From positions 1 to 49,362 of the forward strand of contig CALCVH010000018.1 of the NCBI GenBank assembly GCA_937907585.1: a stretch of 49,362 nt of DNA. Reading direction: 5' to 3'. Of the stretch, positions 39,607-47,143 are shown one piece after another. The first letter of the stretch is position 1; the number at the start of each line of letters is the position of its first letter. The stretch is from an uncultured Bacillota bacterium (lineage in GTDB: Bacteria > Bacillota_I > Bacilli_A > Izemoplasmatales > UBA1188). The position numbers and the translations under genes are program-made. The notes beneath the pieces were generated by a model that was not told the origin of the DNA, ran no database searches, and saw nothing but the letters and a program-made list of their open reading frames with translations.

Positions 39607-40142
39607 TAAACACCTTTTCCAAGATCAAACGCCTCTTGTAAACCCTTATTTCCTTCAATTGCCCTTTCTTCTTCGATTCCACCAACAAAAACTTTGCCAG
39701 CAAGTCTAGATCCTTTCATGCATTTAATCCAGCCTTCTACGCCTTTTACTAATGCGTCTATTGTATGTGGATCATTATCATCTGATGTTGCTAATATATA
39801 AACATCTTTAAAACTTCTTTCTCTTGAAAATAAAGAATTAGCTCTATCAATCATAGTTTTCATTTGGCCACTCATCTCATAGTAATATACAGGTGTAGCC
39901 CAAACTATTACATCTGATTGTGCCATTTTATCAGTAATTTCGTTGGCATCGTCATCAATTACACAATGTCCTATTTTTTGACAGGCAAAACAACCTCTAC
40001 AAAAACTTATATTTTTATTCTTTAAAGATACTATTTCTACTTTATTTCCGCTAGAGATAGCACCTTCTTTAAAATATTCAGCAAGCATGCTAGAGTTGCT
40101 GCCGTTTCTTAAACTTGTTGTTATTATTAGAACATTCTTCAT
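39606..40142 (-). CDS. iron-sulfur flavoprotein-like NAD(P)H-dependent FMN reductase / flavodoxin-fold protein
   Basis: 178 aa with the flavodoxin-like N-terminus VLIITTSLR, the compact cysteine motif CRGCFACQKIGHC (C-x2-C-x2-C-x5-C) and the ATPVYYYEMSGQMK FMN-reductase block. Confidence 0.8.
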   Translation of the reverse strand: MKNVLIITTSLRNGSNSSMLAEYFKEGAISSGNKVEIVSLKNKNISFCRGCFACQKIGHCVIDDDANEITDKMAQSDVIVWATPVYYYEMSGQMKTMIDRANSLFSRERSFKDVYILATSDDNDPHTIDALVKGVEGWIKCMKGSRLAGKVFVGGIEEERAIEGNKGLQEAFDLGKGV

Positions 40143-40151
40143 ATGGTACCT

Positions 40152-40769
40152 CTACTTTAAATTGTCTATTATTTGATTACATATTTGGTTCATGCCTAGA
40201 GCTGTTGGATGGCCATTGATTTTATCTATATCATGCAATACAACATAATCTATACCAAATTTATTTGATGATTCAATCATACAATTTACTATTTCCTCTT
40301 TTAAATCGGTGTTGATTACACATAGTATTTTAGATTTAGGTAAATCTTCTCTTAGATTGTATAGTAAATATGAAATCGCAGGAAAAACATTATATAAATC
40401 ATCTTCAGTCCAATCACTGAATTTTATTTCACCTAATGGTGCATCAGCCCAACTATCATTAATTCCGCCAAACACTATTGCTAAATCAATATCATTATTA
40501 AATAATCCATTGTTCTTTTGTTTTTTATATCTACAAATAAAAGATGATGTTTTAGAACAGTCGTAATTATTGTATCCGGTATAACAGATTGTAGAACCTG
40601 ACCAACTATTATTATGAACAAGGTTATATCCGGTTTTACTAATAAATAGCTTCCACCACGTCTTATCTACTTCATCAACATCTAAGCTTGGATAATATTT
40701 AGTATGGCCTTCAGGTACATAATCTTTAAATGTGGAATAACTATCTCCAAATATTATAAAATTTTTCAT
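40152..40769 (-). CDS. SGNH/GDSL-family hydrolase (cytoplasmic esterase)
   Basis: 205 aa with block I IIFGDSYS, block III GGINDS and block V NGHPT. No signal peptide. It overlaps the upstream gene by 4 nt. Confidence 0.75.
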   Translation of the reverse strand: MKNFIIFGDSYSTFKDYVPEGHTKYYPSLDVDEVDKTWWKLFISKTGYNLVHNNSWSGSTICYTGYNNYDCSKTSSFICRYKKQKNNGLFNNDIDLAIVFGGINDSWADAPLGEIKFSDWTEDDLYNVFPAISYLLYNLREDLPKSKILCVINTDLKEEIVNCMIESSNKFGIDYVVLHDIDKINGHPTALGMNQICNQIIDNLK

Positions 40770-41701
40770 TCTGTTTTACCTTCTATATTAGAACGTTCAT
40801 CGAGTTCTATTCTTTTTCTAATGTCTTCTTCTTTTTCTTCATCTAATCTGTAATCGAAATTTCCGTGTACACCCATTACATCTGAATAGTAAACAAAAGC
40901 GCCATCTATTTTTTTAATTAATCTTAAGAATTCACCTATTTGTCTATAACTAACTAGGCAAATCAATATATCTTTTTCTTCGTTACTAAAAGCTCCTTCT
41001 GCTTTTAATATGGTTGCGCCATGTCTTAAATCAAAGATTATCATATCTTTTAGTATGTTTGTTTGTGATTTATCAACTACTATTTCAAATTTAACAGCGT
41101 TTCTTCTGTCCCTTAATATCATCTCTGATATCTTTTCACAAACAAACACTTCAATTATAGATAATAACGCTGAATGGATATTGCCATATACAATAAAGCC
41201 AATAACTATGATGATATAACTAACATAAGCAATAATAGATTCAACATTTTTATGTGGCAATTTCTTTTGAATCATACAACCGATAACATCTGCACCACCT
41301 GATGATCCGCCAATTTTAAGCAGTATTGCGGTTAATCCTTGGCATACGCCACCAAATATAGCAGCAAGAACATCGTTATCGGTATATTGATACATATTTA
41401 TCTTTTCACATACTAATAAAGTAATAGAAAGAACTACTGTATAGATAAGCGTATAAATAACATATCTTTTTTTAAGCATAAACCATGCAGCAATCAATAA
41501 AGGTAAGTTTAAGGCAAAAGTAAAAATACCAGCATTTACCTTAGTAAGATACTGAAGCACAGTTGCGAGTCCATCTACACCACTAGGCGCAAAGTTGGCT
41601 TTATATACAAACATCCACAAGCCTAACGCCACAACTATGGTAGTTGGAATAATTATTAGTATATTTATTATTTCATGTTTAATGGTTTTGCTTGATTTCA
41701 T
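40766..41701 (-). CDS. YitT-family membrane protein (DUF2179 C-terminal domain)
   Basis: 311 aa with five or more TM helices, the GGSSGGADVIG motif and a soluble C-terminal domain of about 80 aa, as I recall for the YitT/DUF2179 architecture. Confidence 0.8.
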   Translation of the reverse strand: MKSSKTIKHEIINILIIIPTTIVVALGLWMFVYKANFAPSGVDGLATVLQYLTKVNAGIFTFALNLPLLIAAWFMLKKRYVIYTLIYTVVLSITLLVCEKINMYQYTDNDVLAAIFGGVCQGLTAILLKIGGSSGGADVIGCMIQKKLPHKNVESIIAYVSYIIIVIGFIVYGNIHSALLSIIEVFVCEKISEMILRDRRNAVKFEIVVDKSQTNILKDMIIFDLRHGATILKAEGAFSNEEKDILICLVSYRQIGEFLRLIKKIDGAFVYYSDVMGVHGNFDYRLDEEKEEDIRKRIELDERSNIEGKTE

Positions 41702-41709
41702 TTTATTAA

Positions 41710-42726
41710 TTATTCTTTGAACATTTCATTTATTGCTGCCCAAGTAATATCAGGACACCAATAGTGTCCTTTTGGTGTTACAACTAATTTAGAATTAAGA
41801 GGCGATCCTGCTTTTTCATATATCTTTTTTACAGTATCGTATCCCCTATAAACACCTTCTATTGGGAAAATAATATCTTCTTTACCCGCTATAACTATTA
41901 GTTTTCTTGGGGCGATTAAGCATGCTAAATCTTGCATATCAAAATATCTATATGCTGAAGGTATAAAATTACATGCGCAGTGATATATATCTAAAATAGA
42001 TTCTTTATATGGACAAAAAGAGCAAGCAGGTGCACATAGTTTAATTCTTTCGTCATAACAAGCAGAATAATAACTAGCAGTACCTCCACCAGAACTACCT
42101 GTAATCATGATATTATCTAAATCACATTCTTTGAAATTGGATAAAGCATCTATCGCTCTTGATACATCCCATACTCTTTCACCAATTAAAGTTCTGCCAA
42201 GTAAAAATGCAGCTTGTGCAGCAAATGAGCACATCTTGCCCCATCTTCTTTTTTCTTTTTGAGGTTTGTTTTCACCCATAGCTCTTTGTTCAATCGCAAG
42301 AGCGATATATCCGTTTTCAACAGCTTGTAAAGCGAAAGCTACTCTTGGTAAATCCTCTTTATCTTCTTCAAATTTAACTATTCCTAAAGAGTTATGAAAG
42401 CCAGTCGAATGTCCTTGAAGTGTAATTACGACTGGATATTTTTCTTTTTTAGTGTTTGGAATCAATAGATAACAAGGCACAATAGCGCCAACTTCACTTT
42501 CAAAAGTAAATCTAATCTGTTTATGATTATCTTTCTCTTCAATAGATTCTATATCGATATTTAAAGGACAGGTATTTTGTTTAATTAAATCTATTCCTGT
42601 TAATTCACAAAACTTCTTTCTTAATGTTTCTTTCTGAATAGATAAATCTTTGTTTTCATCAAAACTATAAAGAGGTTTCATCTCTTCAGCTATAATATCA
42701 TGACATTTATCACCATTAACTATCAT
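41710..42726 (-). CDS. alpha/beta hydrolase (putative cytoplasmic carbohydrate esterase, acetyl-xylan-esterase / dienelactone-hydrolase-like)
   Basis: 338 aa with the nucleophile elbow ITGSSGGGT and a C-terminal GHYW region. No signal peptide. The family assignment is approximate. Confidence 0.7.
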   Translation of the reverse strand: MIVNGDKCHDIIAEEMKPLYSFDENKDLSIQKETLRKKFCELTGIDLIKQNTCPLNIDIESIEEKDNHKQIRFTFESEVGAIVPCYLLIPNTKKEKYPVVITLQGHSTGFHNSLGIVKFEEDKEDLPRVAFALQAVENGYIALAIEQRAMGENKPQKEKRRWGKMCSFAAQAAFLLGRTLIGERVWDVSRAIDALSNFKECDLDNIMITGSSGGGTASYYSACYDERIKLCAPACSFCPYKESILDIYHCACNFIPSAYRYFDMQDLACLIAPRKLIVIAGKEDIIFPIEGVYRGYDTVKKIYEKAGSPLNSKLVVTPKGHYWCPDITWAAINEMFKE

Positions 42727-42742
42727 ATAAATGCTTCCTTTC

Positions 42743-43585
42743 TTAATCCCTAATATCTTTTAAAGTTGGAATACCTTCAAGTACATAATTATGTGTAACT
42801 TTATAGGTTGCAGCTTTAAGAGCGAATTTAATCGCATCAGTTAAGCTATAATCTAATTCTAAAGCGTAACATAAAGCACCGTTAAATACATCTCCAGCAC
42901 CAGTAGTGTTTATAACATCTACTTTTTTAGTCTTAAAATCAGTTGTTTTTCCATTTTCAATTAATCTAGCACCATCTTCACCTAAAGTAATAGCTACTCT
43001 AGCTGGATTAATTAATTTAAACAAGTTCTCATATTCAACTTCGTTAGGAGTAAATAACCATACTTGTTTTAAAAAATCTAATGGGTAGTTTCTTACGGGT
43101 GATGGATCGAATATGATTTTATTATCCTCACCACATAATTCTTTTACTTTTAATAATACTTCATCAGATAACTCGCCAGATAATAATATATAATCGGAAG
43201 ACTTAATCTCTTCTTCAAATGTAGTTATATCAGCTGTATTAATCTTTACATTATTATCAATATATACAGTAACACAGTTATCTCCGTTTGAATCATGCAT
43301 TATAAGACCATAATCAGTCTTACCTTCTTTTTCAATACAAGTAGCGTTTAGGTTTTCTTTTTTAAAGAAATCCTTACACGTTCTAGCGTAATCATCATTT
43401 CCTATTGAAACCAAGAAGGATACATTACCACCTAATCTTTTGATTGCGGTCGATGCATTAGCGCCTTTTCCGCCTGGTTCAATATAAATATTATTCGCTT
43501 TTATGCTTTCACTTGCTTTAGGAAACTTATCACAATATAAAAATACAGATTGTCCGCATATACCTATAACCGCAGTCTTTTTCAT
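42743..43585 (-). CDS. PfkB/ribokinase-family carbohydrate kinase
   Basis: 280 aa with the ribokinase-like PGGKGANAS motif and C-terminal TTGAGDVFNGAL. Substrate unknown. Confidence 0.88.
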   Translation of the reverse strand: MKKTAVIGICGQSVFLYCDKFPKASESIKANNIYIEPGGKGANASTAIKRLGGNVSFLVSIGNDDYARTCKDFFKKENLNATCIEKEGKTDYGLIMHDSNGDNCVTVYIDNNVKINTADITTFEEEIKSSDYILLSGELSDEVLLKVKELCGEDNKIIFDPSPVRNYPLDFLKQVWLFTPNEVEYENLFKLINPARVAITLGEDGARLIENGKTTDFKTKKVDVINTTGAGDVFNGALCYALELDYSLTDAIKFALKAATYKVTHNYVLEGIPTLKDIRD

Positions 43586-43586
43586 A

Positions 43587-44309
43587 TTATAAATGCTTAA
43601 TCCTTTCTTTATATTTTGATACTAACTCGTTATTCGTTTCTTTATTTTTAGATAAGTTACCACTTTCAAAATAATCTACATTAATATTATTCTTTTTACA
43701 TAATAAAATTGCTTGATAGATACAACTTTGTATTAGAAATGTAGATATAGATGTAGATACTGGTACAGCCTTAGAATCATTATCAAGCTCTAATACAGCA
43801 TCTCCCTTAGGTACACAGTTATCAATAAAAATATCGCAAAAATCTTTAAGTATTTTTCCTGATGAATGTCTTGATTTCTCGTTAAAATATGATGATGAAC
43901 CCATGCCGATTACTTTTAAGTCTTTATCCTTAAAGCTCTTCGCAACTTCAATAGGCACGCCATTAATACCTGATGTAGAAAATACAAATAATATATCTTT
44001 ATCTGTAACGTTATATTCATCAAATATTTTAGGTGCGTTAGCTTCGTCTTTTTCAAGTTTGCTACTATTAGACGCGCTAATATGCAACATTAATTCAGGA
44101 ACAAAAATTGGTTGAACATTTGATAGTCCACCAGCTCGATAGAAACAATCTTGAGCAATTAATAGAGAGTGTCCGCATCCAAACATATAGATAATTCCAT
44201 CGTTTTTAATGCATTCAGCAATAAGTTTAGCAGCTTCATTAACTGCGTCTTTATTTACTCTATCACTTTGTTTAATTAGGTTACTTAAAGTTTTTGCGTA
44301 TTTTGTCAT
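43587..44309 (-). CDS. SIS-domain protein, UPF0309-like (paralog B)
   Basis: 240 aa with IYMFGCGHSLLIAQDCFYRAGGL and FSTSGINGVPIE, a SIS phosphosugar-binding fold. It overlaps paralog A by 4 nt. Confidence 0.8.
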   Translation of the reverse strand: MTKYAKTLSNLIKQSDRVNKDAVNEAAKLIAECIKNDGIIYMFGCGHSLLIAQDCFYRAGGLSNVQPIFVPELMLHISASNSSKLEKDEANAPKIFDEYNVTDKDILFVFSTSGINGVPIEVAKSFKDKDLKVIGMGSSSYFNEKSRHSSGKILKDFCDIFIDNCVPKGDAVLELDNDSKAVPVSTSISTFLIQSCIYQAILLCKKNNINVDYFESGNLSKNKETNNELVSKYKERIKHL

Positions 44310-45055
44310 AACATCTTTACACGTTTAGTATATTTATCAAGTAATTCTTTGTTCTTTTCATCTCCAAGAGGAGTGTTGGCGCTTGTCCAACAAGGAGGAA
44401 CGATTCCTCTTTTTACACATTCTTCAACAGTAAATATTTCAAGTAAGTGAGCAATATAAAAATCAACAATATTTGATACTGGAGCAATTGATGTATCAAA
44501 ACCTTCAATATTTATTACTGCATCACCAACAGGGTTATAATCATCAATACAAATGTCTGCATAATCAAATAGGTTCTTTTTATTCGGATGGCGAATGAAA
44601 TGATCTTTTGACATTTCGTTTTGCCAGATACTACTTGATACTGCGATTATTTTAACGCCTCTTTTTTTAGCTTCTTGAGCCGCATCTATGGTTGCTGGGT
44701 TGATTCCGATATTATGGAATATAATCAGTAAATCATCTTTTTGAAGATTGTAGTATTTTATTATCGCAGCTCCATAATTAACTGTTCTTTCAAATTCTAA
44801 ATATTTTAAAGCTTGATTAAATACAGATAATCCAGTCTCCATTAATGGATTAATGTTTGCGAGACCACCAGCTCTAAAGAACATTTCACCCATACATAGT
44901 GTTGTGTGTCCACCGCCACCATAAACATTAATAAGCTTATCGCTTTCAATCGCATCAGCCATTAAAGATGCGGCTTTTTTAATGTTTTCTGTCTGTTCTT
45001 TGTTAACTTTTTCAATATTATCTTTAATAAAATCCCAGTATTTTTGTTCGTACAT
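44306..45055 (-). CDS. SIS-domain protein, UPF0309-like (paralog A)
   Basis: 249 aa with INVYGGGGHTTLCMGEMFFRAGGL and FHNIGINPATID. It has the same layout as the downstream paralog. Confidence 0.8.
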   Translation of the reverse strand: MYEQKYWDFIKDNIEKVNKEQTENIKKAASLMADAIESDKLINVYGGGGHTTLCMGEMFFRAGGLANINPLMETGLSVFNQALKYLEFERTVNYGAAIIKYYNLQKDDLLIIFHNIGINPATIDAAQEAKKRGVKIIAVSSSIWQNEMSKDHFIRHPNKKNLFDYADICIDDYNPVGDAVINIEGFDTSIAPVSNIVDFYIAHLLEIFTVEECVKRGIVPPCWTSANTPLGDEKNKELLDKYTKRVKML

Positions 45056-45069
45056 TTTTTATTTGCTCC

Positions 45070-47133
45070 TTAAAGTTTAGATTTCCACTCTGCAATAACA
45101 TCATAGATATTAGAGAATGTTCTAAGTCCGCCTAATTCTCCGTTTTTGCATATTCTTTCAAATTCATCTATTTTTGAAGTGAGTTCTTCTTTAGAGAAAT
45201 AACTTGAGTATAATGTAATCTCAACATATCTAAAGAATATTGATTCATATTCTAATCTCTTAGTTAAAGTTTCTTTCGTTTCAGTAGATAATTCTTGAGA
45301 ATTATTTATTTTGCTTATTGCATTTTTAAAATCGTCGTTTATTCCTTCAACAAATGAGAGTGGATAATTCTTGATTGTTGTAGTAGCTGAAGTCGCTGCG
45401 CCGTTATATCCCATTGGCTGCATATAATTAAGATAGTGGAATGTTATTTGCTCGATATAATTTTTGATTGTATCTGCACCATCCTTATAATATACATCAA
45501 TGAATTCATCCATAAGTTTCTTATAATCTTGATGAATATCCCATAGAAGTCTTGATCTAACCCACATATCCATATAGTAGAATGATAGGTTAGTAGATGA
45601 ACCATTGCCCTGATTATAGATATCGATATATCCATAATCATAATATGATTTTAAGTTTTCATATCCAGCAGTCCAGTTAGGGAATGGTTGATATGTTTCA
45701 CCGAAGTTGATAGTGTAATCCCATACTGCAAAATGATTAGCGAGTGTCTTCCATCCATTCATTTGGATATTTGATCTTGCATTATGTTTTTCATCAAGTA
45801 ATGGGAATAAGTATCCCTCAAGCATAGGAGCGTATCTTATAACGATATTATCTCTTAATACTAAAGATGGATCTAATGGTTTATATTCTCCATTTTCATA
45901 GCTAACAGGAGGTTGAACTACAGTTAAGTATGCGAAGATTGTAAAGTATATAGTTCTTTCAGGACAGTTCTTGTCTTGCCACTCTTTAACAACGTCCGCA
46001 ACTTGATTCGCAAATCTAATCACAAGTCCTGTTCTTGTGTATTTAGATATATCTTCCTTACATCTTTCACAATCACAGAAATATTCATTATCACTCATTC
46101 CAAGTTGGAATAGTGTTTTATCTGTTTCAATTGAAACATAATCCTTTATTAAGTTATAACAGAAAGTCCAGAATAGTCCGTGGGTTCCATCACTAAATGT
46201 TTGGTCTGTAGTTAGTGATCCATCCTCATTTAATAATCCACTTGTATATGGGTCGTATTCACCCTTATCATATAAAGCTTTTGTGAAACAAAGTTGTGAT
46301 CTAGTGGCGTTAGTATCTCCACCAGGCCCATAGTACCAATCTGGGTGTTCAGCTCCATATATTTTTGATGGACATATCTGTTCTTCCATAGATTGATCGT
46401 ATAAAGAACTCCACCACGTACCTTCACCATAAGTTTCTTCCCATTTAGAATAGATAGAACCATTAAGGTAGTACTTCATTGTAGTAGATGGATCTGTCTT
46501 TGTAGTTAGGTTATAAATATCTCTTTCTGGGAAATCAGGCCAATCTTCATAATCATAGTTTAGCAGCTTAATATCATCAGATTTATCAATCTTGATTTCA
46601 TCTGGTGCATAATACATGTAATTGCAATTCTTTTCAAAGAATCTATATACGCCATATATTAAACCAGTATTATCACCCGCAAGAATGAGCAATCCATCTT
46701 CATAGGATTTGATTTTAAAGCCGTTTCTATTGTATGAATTAGCACCATCAATATAACCTGATAATTCTGCGAGTTTAGTATTTCCGATAGAAATATATTT
46801 TGTTGTGTCCTCTAAATCAGATGTTGATACAATTTCGAGATTAGTTCCGCAAACAGAATCTAATAACATATTGAATTCAAGTGCTGCATAGTTTTCTGCT
46901 TTGGAAGCATCTTCTCTTAATAGAATCTTGTATTCACTTGTCTTGTTGTTTACAAGATATGTATCACTATCAGATATCTTTTGAGTTCTTCCATAATAGA
47001 TATCACTTTTTGTAGAATCATTACCATTATTATTATTTTCTGTAGTGTTTCTATTTTTGCAGGACGATAAAAAGAGAGCTAATGAAAGACAAAGTATGCA
47101 ATTAATAAATATTAATAATTTCTTTTTCATCAT
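45070..47133 (-). CDS. lipoprotein, DUF4838-like putative glycoside hydrolase
   Basis: The signal peptide has the lipobox LSSC. The protein is large and rich in W and Y, with a CDCERCKE (CxCxxC) motif and overall layout that I recall from DUF4838/GH20-like proteins. The family call is from memory and was not searched. Confidence 0.6.
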   Translation of the reverse strand: MMKKKLLIFINCILCLSLALFLSSCKNRNTTENNNNGNDSTKSDIYYGRTQKISDSDTYLVNNKTSEYKILLREDASKAENYAALEFNMLLDSVCGTNLEIVSTSDLEDTTKYISIGNTKLAELSGYIDGANSYNRNGFKIKSYEDGLLILAGDNTGLIYGVYRFFEKNCNYMYYAPDEIKIDKSDDIKLLNYDYEDWPDFPERDIYNLTTKTDPSTTMKYYLNGSIYSKWEETYGEGTWWSSLYDQSMEEQICPSKIYGAEHPDWYYGPGGDTNATRSQLCFTKALYDKGEYDPYTSGLLNEDGSLTTDQTFSDGTHGLFWTFCYNLIKDYVSIETDKTLFQLGMSDNEYFCDCERCKEDISKYTRTGLVIRFANQVADVVKEWQDKNCPERTIYFTIFAYLTVVQPPVSYENGEYKPLDPSLVLRDNIVIRYAPMLEGYLFPLLDEKHNARSNIQMNGWKTLANHFAVWDYTINFGETYQPFPNWTAGYENLKSYYDYGYIDIYNQGNGSSTNLSFYYMDMWVRSRLLWDIHQDYKKLMDEFIDVYYKDGADTIKNYIEQITFHYLNYMQPMGYNGAATSATTTIKNYPLSFVEGINDDFKNAISKINNSQELSTETKETLTKRLEYESIFFRYVEITLYSSYFSKEELTSKIDEFERICKNGELGGLRTFSNIYDVIAEWKSKL

Positions 47134-47143
47134 TCAATCCTCC

